In this document: positions 1 to 10,009 of the stretch, in pieces
Position numbering within the stretch: position 1 is the stretch's first letter
Layout: each line of letters opens with the position of its first letter
DNA from: Helicobacter sp.
GTDB taxonomy: Bacteria; Campylobacterota; Campylobacteria; Campylobacterales; Helicobacteraceae
NCBI RefSeq assembly: GCF_022770205.1
Contig: NZ_JALEIK010000038.1
Coordinates: forward strand, 101,816 to 165,815
Direction: 5' to 3'
Length of the DNA stretch: 64,000 nucleotides
The notes under the pieces: model-generated
What the model was told of the DNA's origin: nothing
The model's database searches: none
What the model saw: the letters and a program-made list of their open reading frames with translations, nothing else
Made by a program: the position numbers and the translations under genes

Positions 1-74
1 TTTGCTGACTAAAAAACTCTTTGAAAATAGCAATGCCTATGAGATTTTAGAGAGCGAGAAATCCCAAAGCGTTT

Positions 75-575
75 ATGAATACGCCTTGCAAAATGCATAA
101 AGTTTTGATTGTGCCAAATGTTTCTAGGGAGCCTGTTTTAGTGGGTGTTTATGATGCAAATTTTAAGCTGTATAAAGATTTTGTTTTAACCGCCCCTTTA
201 AGTGATGCTCTAGTGCCTAAGTTTATGGAGTTAGAAAAACAAGGTATAGAGTTTGATGCGTTATATTTTGTAAGGGGACCTGGGAGTTTTATGGCATTAA
301 AATTACTCTATCTTTTTGCTAAAACCTTAGAGATTGCAAAAGGGGTGAAGCTCTTTGCCACACACGCATTTTATTTTAATGCAAATTCTCCGATTAAGGC
401 TTATGGGAATTGTTATTTTGTGCGTGAAAATACAGAAAATAATGCAGAGGATGGAATCTGTGTGAAAAATTTTGCTACGATTCCACATATTGCACCCTTT
501 TCTTTGCCAAAGGTTTTAGACATAACTATTTTTGATACAAATCTAAAACCGCTTTATCTATTGCCTCCGGTTTAG
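75..575 (+). CDS. TsaB-like (glycoprotease M22 family) tRNA threonylcarbamoylation protein
   Basis: GPGSFM motif typical of TsaB/YeaZ; short epsilonproteobacterial form. Confidence 0.65.
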   Translation: MNTPCKMHKVLIVPNVSREPVLVGVYDANFKLYKDFVLTAPLSDALVPKFMELEKQGIEFDALYFVRGPGSFMALKLLYLFAKTLEIAKGVKLFATHAFYFNANSPIKAYGNCYFVRENTENNAEDGICVKNFATIPHIAPFSLPKVLDITIFDTNLKPLYLLPPV

Positions 576-597
576 GATGTGATGAAAAGGTTCAAGT

Positions 598-2328
598 GTG
601 CAGTATTTGATTGATTTTCTACAAGCAAGCAGTATTAATAAGGCAAAAATTTATCCTTTTTTGAAATGCAGTAAAGAAGAAGCACTCATTTTACGCTATT
701 TATGCACAGAGTTTTTAAAAGGTGATCACGAGGTTGTTTGTTTAGATGTTATCAATGCGCTTTTTATGCCAAAAGATGAAATAGAAGTTTTGCAATATCT
801 ACCTTATTTTAAAAATTTATTAGATACAGGTTGGATTGCGCAACACATTTTTTTAAAAACACTCAACCAAGAAGAGTTGCTCTTAGAACTCTTAAATATG
901 ACAATCTCTTTAAGTGCAAGCTTTTTAAAGTTAGTTGAGGAAGGTGGAATCCATTTAAAGCTTCCAAAAATTATTCCCTATAATGATCATTTAGAGTATT
1001 TAAAGGATCAATTTGCTTGTATTGAGCTATTACATAGCTTAAGTCCGCATAAAAAAGACAGCTACGCTTCACCCCTTTTAAAGAAGGGGATGCAAAAATA
1101 CAAACTCTTACAAGATAGGATTCAAGAGCGTTTGGAGCTAACGCGTGAGAAATTAAGTTTAGAGAGTTTGTTTAAGGAATTTAATCTAAATGCGCAAGAG
1201 AAAATCATTTTTTTAGCACTTGTTAGAGAGGAGTATTTGGGTAAGGAGAGTGAAGGCAGGGAGCTTGGTGCGCTTATAAATTTAGTTAGCACAAATGATT
1301 ATGAGAGAATGAAAAATCGCGCGCTTTTAGATGATAGAAGCCACTTAGTAGAAAAGGGGCTTGTGGATTATGATGAAATTTTAAATCCCTTTGGTGGTGT
1401 AAGTCGCACATTTTTTATTCCCGATAGTGTTTTAAAGAAAATCACACATCCGCAAACACAAGGTAAAAAAGAGCGCATTAGCTTAGAAGCACTTGTGCAA
1501 GAGCAAGAGATTTTTGAGTTTTTGCGCCCAAAAGTAACGCTTAATGATGTGGTGTTAAATCCTAGCACAAAGGCAACGCTTGAAGTGTTGCTTAAGCAGA
1601 TGGATTCTAAAGTTTTACAACGCCTAAAAGATTGGGGGATTAAGGATAAAAGGCGTGGGATTGATGCAAAAATCATTTTCTATGGAGCGGCAGGCACGGG
1701 TAAAACAATGACTGCCCTTGCGCTTGCAAAATCGCTTAAAAAGCCTGTGTTAAGCTTTGATTGCTCTAAGATTTTATCAATGTATGTGGGTGAGAGTGAA
1801 AAAAATGTGCGTAAGATTTTTGAATCCTATAAAGAGCTTTGCGCAACTTCTAAACAAAGCCCGATTTTGCTACTAGATGAAGCGGATCAATTCTTAAGCA
1901 CACGCACGACAAGTGGGAGTGGAGCGGATAAAATGCACAATCAAATGCAAAACATTTTCCTAGAACAAATTGAAAAATTTGATGGAATCTTAATTGCCAC
2001 AACAAATTTACTTGAAACGCTTGATACGGCGTTTTCTAGGCGATTTAATTATAAGATTGAATTTAAGCGTCCAAATTTTGATGAGAGAATGCGCCTGTGG
2101 GAGAAGTTACTCCCTAAAAATGCCCCTTTTGCCAAGGATTTTAATCTTAGAAAACTTGCAGAGTTTAATCTAAGTGGTGGGCAAATCGCACTTGTTGTTA
2201 AAAATACTGCTTATAGGATTGCTAGTTTTAAAAATCCTGAGTTTAGCACACAAGATTTTTTAGAGGAAATCAAGCGTGAATTAAAGTCTAATTTTGATAG
2301 TGCGCGTGAAATGGGATTCCATATTTAG
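598..2328 (+). CDS. AAA+ family ATPase
   Basis: Walker A GAAGTGKT, Walker B ILLLDEAD, SRH-like ATTN...LDTAFSRRF. Confidence 0.9.
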   Translation: MQYLIDFLQASSINKAKIYPFLKCSKEEALILRYLCTEFLKGDHEVVCLDVINALFMPKDEIEVLQYLPYFKNLLDTGWIAQHIFLKTLNQEELLLELLNMTISLSASFLKLVEEGGIHLKLPKIIPYNDHLEYLKDQFACIELLHSLSPHKKDSYASPLLKKGMQKYKLLQDRIQERLELTREKLSLESLFKEFNLNAQEKIIFLALVREEYLGKESEGRELGALINLVSTNDYERMKNRALLDDRSHLVEKGLVDYDEILNPFGGVSRTFFIPDSVLKKITHPQTQGKKERISLEALVQEQEIFEFLRPKVTLNDVVLNPSTKATLEVLLKQMDSKVLQRLKDWGIKDKRRGIDAKIIFYGAAGTGKTMTALALAKSLKKPVLSFDCSKILSMYVGESEKNVRKIFESYKELCATSKQSPILLLDEADQFLSTRTTSGSGADKMHNQMQNIFLEQIEKFDGILIATTNLLETLDTAFSRRFNYKIEFKRPNFDERMRLWEKLLPKNAPFAKDFNLRKLAEFNLSGGQIALVVKNTAYRIASFKNPEFSTQDFLEEIKRELKSNFDSAREMGFHI

Positions 2329-2348
2329 ATGCGTTTTAAGGAGAGAAA

Positions 2349-3722
2349 ATGGCTAGAGTAATAGCAAAACAAAATAAAGTTGGAATCGTAATTCCTGTGT
2401 ATAACACGCCTTTAGAGTATTTTAGGGAATGTCTTGAAGGGGCGTTAAATCAAGATTATAGAGATTTAGAGATTTTAATTGTTCACGATGGGGATTATAC
2501 GCCTTGTGTGGAAGTTTCACTAGAATATGCTAGTAGAGATCCACGCATTACTGTGATTGTAAAGCCTATTAATGAAGGTGTGTCTATTGCTAGAAATATA
2601 GGGATTGATTATTTTAGCGGGGCGTTAGAATACAGAGAAAATAAGGAAATGCAAGTGGAGTTTGGGGGGGGGGCGTTTATTGCCTTTAGTGTGAAAAACG
2701 CAAATCCTTATGCTATTGGAGTCATTTATAAGAGCAAAGCAGCATTGATTAAAGCAAAAAAGCTCACTCCTTTAAAAATTGATTACATTTATTTTTTAGA
2801 TTCTGATGATGTGTGCCATAAGGATTTAGTCAGTAGCTGTTTAAAGCACGCTAAGGGGGCAAGCCTTGTGTGGTTTAGTTTTGATAAAATCACTGAGAGT
2901 GGGGCGGAGCATTTAGGGGAGCATATTAATGATTTGGATATTTTAAGCACCTCTAGAATGATTACCCCGCAAGATTGGCTCTCTCACGGGAAGGAAGTGG
3001 GCTATGGTAGTGCAATTTTTGTGTGGCAAGTGTTTATTGATTTTAAGTTTTTAAAGGAATCTAAATTGCGCTTTTTAAACCAAGTGATGCGAGAGGATAA
3101 TCTTTTTGGAGTTTGCTTATTGTTAGAGTGCAAGAAAATGTATGCCCTTTCAGAAAAGCTTATTGATTATCGTGTGCGCACAAATGGTGAAACAAATTTT
3201 GCAATTGATACAGATAAGGTGTTTTTGCCCGGATTTTTGCGCCCGCTTTTTGAAGCCTTTGGTGGAGATTTGCTTTTAACAAAGCATTTTTATGTGGCAC
3301 TTAGTTGGTTTATCCAAAAGCTTTATTTCTTAGACTTTATCCAAAAACACACCGATAAGCAAAATCTTAATGTGATTGCTGGGGGTATGCTCAATAGATT
3401 CCAAAATGAGAGTATGAAATTTATCCATTTACGATTCCAACTTGACACGGATTATTATTTTAATATTTGTTTTAATATTTTTTTAAGCTATATCGCAGCG
3501 TTGCCAAACTATGATCCCTATTATCGCCCTTTTGATAAGCTAGCAGAATACATTATGCCAAATACAAACTCACAACAAGAAACAATCCGTCTTATGAAAG
3601 AAGTGTTAATGTGTGAGAATACAATTATTGTGGATAAAAATAAAATGATTGAAGATCTTACAGAGCGTGTTAGGGAGTTGGAATCTCAAAACACAGAATT
3701 AAAAGCGAAGCTAAAAAAGTAA
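2349..3722 (+). CDS. Glycosyltransferase family 2 with internal poly-G tract and C-terminal coiled coil
   Basis: IVIPVYN, NEGVSIARNIG, FLDSDD (DxD), EDNLF motifs; G10 at 2664-2673, in frame. Confidence 0.9.
   Translation: MARVIAKQNKVGIVIPVYNTPLEYFRECLEGALNQDYRDLEILIVHDGDYTPCVEVSLEYASRDPRITVIVKPINEGVSIARNIGIDYFSGALEYRENKEMQVEFGGGAFIAFSVKNANPYAIGVIYKSKAALIKAKKLTPLKIDYIYFLDSDDVCHKDLVSSCLKHAKGASLVWFSFDKITESGAEHLGEHINDLDILSTSRMITPQDWLSHGKEVGYGSAIFVWQVFIDFKFLKESKLRFLNQVMREDNLFGVCLLLECKKMYALSEKLIDYRVRTNGETNFAIDTDKVFLPGFLRPLFEAFGGDLLLTKHFYVALSWFIQKLYFLDFIQKHTDKQNLNVIAGGMLNRFQNESMKFIHLRFQLDTDYYFNICFNIFLSYIAALPNYDPYYRPFDKLAEYIMPNTNSQQETIRLMKEVLMCENTIIVDKNKMIEDLTERVRELESQNTELKAKLKK
2664..2673 (+). repeat. 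Poly-G10 contingency tract in GT2 (ON state)
   Basis: tttGGGGGGGGGGcg read directly. Confidence 0.9.
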
Positions 3723-3736
3723 AATAAAGGAGAAAA

Positions 3737-4684
3737 ATGGCACAGATCGGACATAATTTTGGACTTGTAGCAAATTGGATAATACAAAGTGATTTTGTTA
3801 GAGAAATGTTAGAGGATTCTAAATATTTAGAAAAGCTTGTGATTCTAACACAGGGTTTAGACAAAGAGAGTATTACGACAATTTATAGGGTGCTATCGCG
3901 CTTAAAACAAGCAGTGTGTAATGGGCAAAATATCACGCAACTTAATGCTGAGGAAATTACTATGTTAAATCGCATTCACACCGAGTTTTATCCCAATATT
4001 TTTGAAATTGCACCTAATGCATTGTATTATTATGATGGGTATTATCTTCCTATCCCCGCATTTCACGAATCTGTATTTTGGTATCGTTTAGGTTTAAGTG
4101 AGCGGGGGGGGGGGGCAATTTTTGATTTAAAAGCTTTGCAAGATAAAGACATCATTGATGTTGGGGCATACATTGGTGATAGTGCGCTTATTTTGCAAGA
4201 ATATACGAGGAAAAAAGTGTATGCCTTTGAGGCGGTAAAGTCAAATTATCAAACAATGCTACAAACAATAAAGTTGAATGCTTGCAAACGCATTGTTCCG
4301 ATTAATAAAGGCTTAGGTGCTAAAAATAGTGTGGAGAAAATCTCCACACAAGGTGCTGGCTCTAGCATTGTGCTACCTAATAATAATCTTTTTGAGGAAG
4401 TGGAGATTATTCCGCTAGATTCCTATGTGAAAGAAAAAAAGTTAAAAATTGGGTTTATCAAAGTGGATATTGAAGGCTTTGAGCAGGAGTTTTTAAAAGG
4501 CGCAAAAGAAACCATTATGAAGCAAAAACCCGCAATGTTAATTAGTCTATACCATAAATACAGCGATTTTTTTGATATAAAACCTATGATTGACTCGTGG
4601 AATCTAGGCTATAAATTTAAGGTGGTAAAACCGATTGATCATAATGTAAGCGGTGAGACGGCATTGTATTGTGAAGTGCGTTAA
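3737..4684 (+). CDS. FkbM family SAM-dependent methyltransferase with poly-G tract
   Basis: IIDVGAYIGDS, YAFE, FIKVDIEGFE, KPAMLISLYH motifs; G12 at 4104-4115, in frame. Confidence 0.9.
   Translation: MAQIGHNFGLVANWIIQSDFVREMLEDSKYLEKLVILTQGLDKESITTIYRVLSRLKQAVCNGQNITQLNAEEITMLNRIHTEFYPNIFEIAPNALYYYDGYYLPIPAFHESVFWYRLGLSERGGGAIFDLKALQDKDIIDVGAYIGDSALILQEYTRKKVYAFEAVKSNYQTMLQTIKLNACKRIVPINKGLGAKNSVEKISTQGAGSSIVLPNNNLFEEVEIIPLDSYVKEKKLKIGFIKVDIEGFEQEFLKGAKETIMKQKPAMLISLYHKYSDFFDIKPMIDSWNLGYKFKVVKPIDHNVSGETALYCEVR
4104..4115 (+). repeat. Poly-G12 contingency tract in FkbM gene (ON state)
   Basis: agcGGGGGGGGGGGGcaa read directly. Confidence 0.9.
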
Positions 4685-4768
4685 AATAGCTAAAAATTTT
4701 GTCAATTTTTATAGGATTTACCATAAAATGCGGTAGAATCTTAATTTATTTTTAAAATAGGCGGTGCG

Positions 4769-6093
4769 ATGACAAGATTTTCTAAAGTGGGATTTATATT
4801 ATCTATTGCTGGAAGTGCGATAGGACTTGGTGGAATTTGGGGATTTCCCTATTTAGTTGGACAAAATGGTGGCTTTGCCTTTGTGCTTGTGTTTGTGCTA
4901 GCATTCTTAGTCTTTGGTGTGAGTGTGTTCATTGTAGAAATGCTTTTTGGTAGAGCAAGCGGGCAAAATACATTAAGCACTTTTGAGTCCTTTGCGCCAA
5001 AGCGATTGGGATTCCTAAAATACGGCGGATTTATGATGATTTCTGGCGTGTTGATTTTTGCGTTCTATGCAGTGGTTTTAGGCTGGCTTGTGCATTATAT
5101 GTTTTTAAGTCTTTTTGGAATGCCAACAACGCTAGAAGACGCAAAAAGCCTGTGGGGCAACTTCGCATCAAGTCAAATTCTGTGGCAGATGTTGTGGCAT
5201 TTTGTCATTGTAGTGTGCTTTGTGCATACATTCTAAATCGTGGTGTAAAAGCTGGAATTGAGAAGTTAAATTTAATTTTGATGCCCTTGCTATTGCTGAT
5301 TTTTCTAGGGCTTTTAGTGTATTCTGTGATGCAAGAAGCATTTTGGGATTCCTTTAAATTTTTATTCCAACCTGATTTTAGTAAAATCACTTCTGATGTG
5401 ATTATAAAAGCAATTGGGCAAGCATTTTTTATGCTTTCTTTAGGTTGTGGAGTGATTTTAACTTATTCTAATTCTATGCCAAAACAAGGCAACTTTGTGG
5501 GTTTTGCAGTCATTGTTGCATTGCTTAACTTTTTTTGTTTGATTGCTGGGCTTGTGGTTTTTACCTTTATTTTTGGTTATGGAGCAGAGCCAACAGAAGG
5601 TCCAGGGCTTGTGTTTGTGTCCTTGCCGCTAGTTTTTGCAAATCTAGGTGTTAGCGGACAAGTGATTGCCTTTTTGTTTTTTGTGGCATTGATTTTTGCT
5701 GGGATTACTTCAGCAGTTTCTATGCTAGAGCCTTTAAATAGTTGTTTGATAGAACGCTTTAAGTTAAAAAGGCGTAATGCAAATCTTATTAGCGTGTTTT
5801 GTGCGTATTTTTTAGGTGTGATTGTGCTACTTAGCAATACAGCGATATTTTCAGCGGATTTAACCTTTTTTGGCAGGAATCTTTTTGACTGGTTTGTGTA
5901 TATCACAAGTTCTTTTATGCTTCCACTTGCTGGTGTGTTTATGTGCATTTATATGGGTTGGATTTTACCAAAAGAGCGTGTGTATGCGATGAGTGAAAGG
6001 CATTTAAAAGGAATCTATTTTGAAGTTTGGTATTTTGTGATTCGCTTTGTTGCGCCTATTGGAATCTTGGTGGCAATGGTTAGCTTGATTTAG
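4769..6093 (+). pseudogene. Sodium-dependent SNF/NSS family transporter split by a 1-nt frameshift near 5210-5218
   Basis: N-half GSAIGLGGIWGFPY and C-half GVKAGIEK...GQAFFMLSLG...EGPGLVF lie in different frames; one base restores continuity. Confidence 0.75.
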
Positions 6094-6100
6094 TCTTACT

Positions 6101-6535
6101 ATGGATTTTTTGGGCACTTTAGGATTATTGGGATTATTTTTAGTTTGTTTTTTGGCAAGCAGTCTTTATCCGCTAGGTTCTGAAGTTTTTGTGCTTGGGT
6201 TTTTGGCTTTAGATTATGCTTGGGTTTTGGTGTGGATTGTCGCAACGCTTGGAAATACATTGGGGGCATTAACCACTTATGGGATTGGATATTTAGGTGA
6301 TTCCTATTGTTTAAGGCATTTTAAGCAGATGCACGCAAAAGTGTATCGCTATAAGAGCGGAATCCAAAACTATGGATTCCTTTATGCGTTTTTCACTTTT
6401 TTGCCGATTTTGGGAGATATATTTGCCCTAGCTTTAGGGGTGTATCGCTATTCTTTTGTGAAAGCCTTTGTTTTTATCGCCCTAGGGAAGGGCGTGCGGT
6501 ATTTAGTGTTAATTGCGTTTTTTAGCTACCGATGA
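6101..6535 (+). CDS. YqaA/DedA family membrane protein
   Basis: FLASSLYPLGSE, GNTLG, LPILGD, GKGVRY motifs. Confidence 0.85.
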   Translation: MDFLGTLGLLGLFLVCFLASSLYPLGSEVFVLGFLALDYAWVLVWIVATLGNTLGALTTYGIGYLGDSYCLRHFKQMHAKVYRYKSGIQNYGFLYAFFTFLPILGDIFALALGVYRYSFVKAFVFIALGKGVRYLVLIAFFSYR

Positions 6536-8318
6536 TTCCACCATCTTTTTTTGTGATTTGCACAATTGTGCTTCTAGGTGTGGAGTTTCCACCATTTGGA
6601 TAGTGACTTGGTGCTAGTCTTTCGCCGGGATGCTGAATACCAACAAACATTGTTTTATAGTCTGGTGAAAAGGCAAGTCCTGTAACTTCTGAAGCAATAG
6701 GACCAGTTAAGAAGCGTTTGATTTCTCCTGTAACTGGGTTTGCACAAAGCATTTGATTATTTCCCATCCCTTCATAATCCCCTTTGTTAGAATAACTGCC
6801 ATCTGTTTGAATCCAAAGGCGTCCAAACTTATCAAATTTCAATCCATCAGGAGAGTTAAACATATTGTCTTTTGTAATGTTGCTTGTGCCTTTGCGTAAG
6901 TCATTAGGGTATTGCGCAGGGTTTCCAGCAAGCAAGAAAATGTCCCACTTAAAATCTGCATTGGAATGATTGTTCTTGCTAGGATTCCAACGGATAATAT
7001 GCCCATACACATTTTTTTCTCTAGGGTTTGCAACACTTGATTCTTCGCGCTTTTTGTTGTTTGTTAGCGTTGCATAAATAAACTCTCCCTTAGGGTCAGC
7101 AGCAATCCACTCTGGGCGATCCATTGGTGTTGCACCAACAATGCTACCTGCAAGTCTTGCATTAATTAAGATGTCTGCTTGAGAGTGGAATCCATTTTTA
7201 GAATCTAATCCATTTTTGCCATAGCTTAATTCAATCCATTTCCCACTACCGCTTAAATCATTGCCTTGAAGTTTTGCAACATAAAGCGTTCCTTCTTCTA
7301 AAAGATTCCTATTGTTTCTAGGATTATTTTTATCAAATTTTCCTTTTGAAACAAATTTATATAAAAACTCATTTGCTTCATCATCGCCCATATAGGCAAC
7401 AACATTGCCTTCTTTGCTAATCACAATCTCTACATTTTCGTGCTTGAAGCGTCCAAGTGCTGTGCGTTTAATTGGTGTGGAGTTTGCATCGTAAGGATCA
7501 ATTTCAACAACCCAGCCAAAGCGGTTTGGTTCATTAGGATTTTTAGCAATATCAAATCTAGGATCTAGTTCCCAGCCATAATTGCTTTTTGTGCTTAGTC
7601 CGTAGCGTTTTTCGCTTGGATTAAAGTTATAGTTAGGGTTGCTACTGCCAAAATAGCTATCAAAATTTTCTTCACAGGTGAGATAAGTTCCCCAAGGAGT
7701 TTGTCCATTTGCGCAGTTATTGATTGTGCCAAGTGCAAGTTCACCTTTTTTGTCTGCTTGTGTTTGCATACTTTTGTGCCCTTTTGCAGGACCGCTAATT
7801 TGCATAGGAGTGTGTGCTGTGATTCTGCGGTTGTAGGGAGAATCTAAAACAACTTTAAAGCCATCTCCATCCCTTTTGATTTCAAAAACACTTACGCCCA
7901 TAGCGTTTTGCTCATAAGCAACTTTTTGAGAGTCTATATTTTTGCCATTATCATTAAAGATTAACTCTGGATTAATGTATTCGTTATTAACCGCTAAAAT
8001 TGCACGATTTTCGTCAATAGGAAATAAAGACATTCCATCAGTGTTATCTCCAAAAACCTTTGCAGCATTTAAAACAGAGTTTTGGTTAATGGTTTTGCTC
8101 TCATCAAAAGGCGTTGCATTGCTAAAAAGCGGATCTCCAAAGCTAATAAGAGGTTTCACTTCATAGCCTTCTGGAACGATAACTGAATCTTCAGTGCTGA
8201 TTGGAATTGCCTTAAAGCCTAGCAAATTTTGCTCTTTTGCATTCAAAGGGGATAGCCCAAAAAAGCCAACATAAGAGAGTGCAAGAGAACTTGCCTTTAA
8301 AAAACTGCGTCTTTGCAT
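6522..8318 (-). CDS. phoX: PhoX family alkaline phosphatase, Tat-exported
   Basis: Twin-arginine signal MQRRSFLK; NCANG.TPWGTYLTCEEN, GRFKHE, MDRPE, SPDGL, IQHPG. Confidence 0.92.
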   Translation of the reverse strand: MQRRSFLKASSLALSYVGFFGLSPLNAKEQNLLGFKAIPISTEDSVIVPEGYEVKPLISFGDPLFSNATPFDESKTINQNSVLNAAKVFGDNTDGMSLFPIDENRAILAVNNEYINPELIFNDNGKNIDSQKVAYEQNAMGVSVFEIKRDGDGFKVVLDSPYNRRITAHTPMQISGPAKGHKSMQTQADKKGELALGTINNCANGQTPWGTYLTCEENFDSYFGSSNPNYNFNPSEKRYGLSTKSNYGWELDPRFDIAKNPNEPNRFGWVVEIDPYDANSTPIKRTALGRFKHENVEIVISKEGNVVAYMGDDEANEFLYKFVSKGKFDKNNPRNNRNLLEEGTLYVAKLQGNDLSGSGKWIELSYGKNGLDSKNGFHSQADILINARLAGSIVGATPMDRPEWIAADPKGEFIYATLTNNKKREESSVANPREKNVYGHIIRWNPSKNNHSNADFKWDIFLLAGNPAQYPNDLRKGTSNITKDNMFNSPDGLKFDKFGRLWIQTDGSYSNKGDYEGMGNNQMLCANPVTGEIKRFLTGPIASEVTGLAFSPDYKTMFVGIQHPGERLAPSHYPNGGNSTPRSTIVQITKKDGGIIGS

Positions 8319-8555
8319 ACGGAATCCTTTTTAGTGATTTTTATTAAGGTGTAGAAATTTTAAAATAGCAATGTAAAAAGAGGGAATAAAATGTGTAAAA
8401 TTTTTGTAAAGTTTAGTTGGAATTAGCATTGTTGGATTCCGTATTTTAAGAGAGTTTGCGAAGTTTTAAAAGGTTATGGCTAATTTTGTGTTTGCTTTAT
8501 AACACTTGGAATCGGAAATGAAAGGTTAATTTACGCACCATAAAGGGCGCATAAA

Positions 8556-8876
8556 TTACGCTTCTAGTGCTGCTTTGATAGCGTTTTCAATCAGTGGTTT
8601 AGAGTTTGGTTCAACTAAGCGTTCGCCTACTTCTGTGCCATTTTTGTAAAAAATTAGCGTTGGGATTCTGCGCACATTTAATTCCTCTTTGAGTGCCTCT
8701 TCTTCATCTGCCATTACGGCAAAGAATTTGACCTTTCCTTCATATTCTTGCATAAGCATTCCAATAATTGGCTCAATCTTACGACAATCAGGGCACCAAG
8801 GCGCACCCACTGCTACCATACACACGCTTTCTTTGACTGCATTTTGGTAAGAATCTTTTGTTAATTTTTCTAACAT
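8556..8876 (-). CDS. Thioredoxin family protein (WCPDC)
   Basis: APWCPDC active site, RRIPTL cis-Pro motif; start taken at second Met (MLEKL). Confidence 0.85.
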   Translation of the reverse strand: MLEKLTKDSYQNAVKESVCMVAVGAPWCPDCRKIEPIIGMLMQEYEGKVKFFAVMADEEEALKEELNVRRIPTLIFYKNGTEVGERLVEPNSKPLIENAIKAALEA

Positions 8877-8965
8877 AATCATTCCTTGATTTTAAATTTT
8901 ACATTTACATTGTGTAATAAGTTTGCTTAAAAGATAGCAAGGTGTTTTAAGATTTTGTGATAGCG

Positions 8966-9679
8966 TTATGCGATATTTGTAAAAACGGCTTGCACATCAT
9001 CATCCTCTTCAATTCTATCTAGCAATTTTTCAATGTCTATAAGCTGCTCTTCGCTAAACTCCACAGGATTTGTTGCGATTCTTTCTAAAGCTGCTTTTTT
9101 AACTTCTGCTTGTGTTGCTTCTAGTGCATTTGCTAGAGTGCCAAAACTTGTGTAATCTCCATAAATATGGATAATATCCTCCTCTACCTCCATAGAATCC
9201 AACCCTGCATCAATGAGATTTAGTTCTAGTTCTTCTAAATCTGTAATCCCTTCTTTGCTAATTTCAAAATGCGCCTTGCGTGCAAACATAAATTCTAAAG
9301 AATTATTTGTTAGCATTTGCCCACCAAGTTTATTGGCATAACTCTTTAGATTTGCCACTGTTCTTGTGGTGTTATCTGTGGCGCATTCTACAAAAAATAG
9401 TGCGCCGTGTGGAGCTTTAATCTCATAATTGACTTCTGTAATTTGGATTCCATCTTTTCCTAATGCACGCTTTATCGCCGCTTCAATATTATCCTTTGGC
9501 ATATTCTGTGCTTTTGCGGCAAGGATTGCGGTTCTAAGTTTAGAATTCATCTCAGGGTTCCCACTGCCTCCTTCTTTAACTGCAATGCTAATTGCCTTGC
9601 CCAATTTTGGAAAAAGTTTAGACATCTTATCCCATCGTTTCTCTTTGCTTGCCCTGCGGTATTCAAACGCTCGTCCCAT
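8966..9679 (-). CDS. yebC: YebC/PmpR family DNA-binding regulator
   Basis: [36 protein letters not shown]. Confidence 0.93.
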   Translation of the reverse strand: MGRAFEYRRASKEKRWDKMSKLFPKLGKAISIAVKEGGSGNPEMNSKLRTAILAAKAQNMPKDNIEAAIKRALGKDGIQITEVNYEIKAPHGALFFVECATDNTTRTVANLKSYANKLGGQMLTNNSLEFMFARKAHFEISKEGITDLEELELNLIDAGLDSMEVEEDIIHIYGDYTSFGTLANALEATQAEVKKAALERIATNPVEFSEEQLIDIEKLLDRIEEDDDVQAVFTNIA

Positions 9680-9766
9680 AAATAGCCTTTAGTGTGGATT
9701 AAAGGTAAAATTGTAGTCTTTTAAAGTTTAAAAATCCTAAACATCTGCTAAATTTCATAAAATCCC

Positions 9767-9796
9767 TTGACAATACAATGGGCATTGTTATATAAT
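9767..9796 (+). promoter_or_regulatory. Sigma70/80 promoter of tRNA-Asn
   Basis: TTGACA (9767-9772), 18 nt spacer, TATAAT (9791-9796). Confidence 0.8.
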
Positions 9797-9827
9797 CACA
9801 GCTCATTTTTTAACGAGCTTTCATTGT

Positions 9828-9902
9828 TCCGGATTAGCTCAGCGGTAGAGTAGGCGGCTGTTAACCGCTTGGTCGTAGGTTCGAATCCTACATCCGGAGC
9901 CA
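9828..9902 (+). tRNA. tRNA-Asn (GTT)
   Basis: TCCGGAT..AGCTCAG D-arm, anticodon loop CTGTTAA, GGTTCGAATCC T-arm, encoded CCA. Confidence 0.97.
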
Positions 9903-10009
9903 CATAATCCTATCAAATAAATCTTCTGCTTCTAATACATTTTCCTTTAGAGATAAAAAGCAACTGAAAGAGTTTTATTATATTTTCTTTATCCCCCTTC
10001 CCCCTTCTG

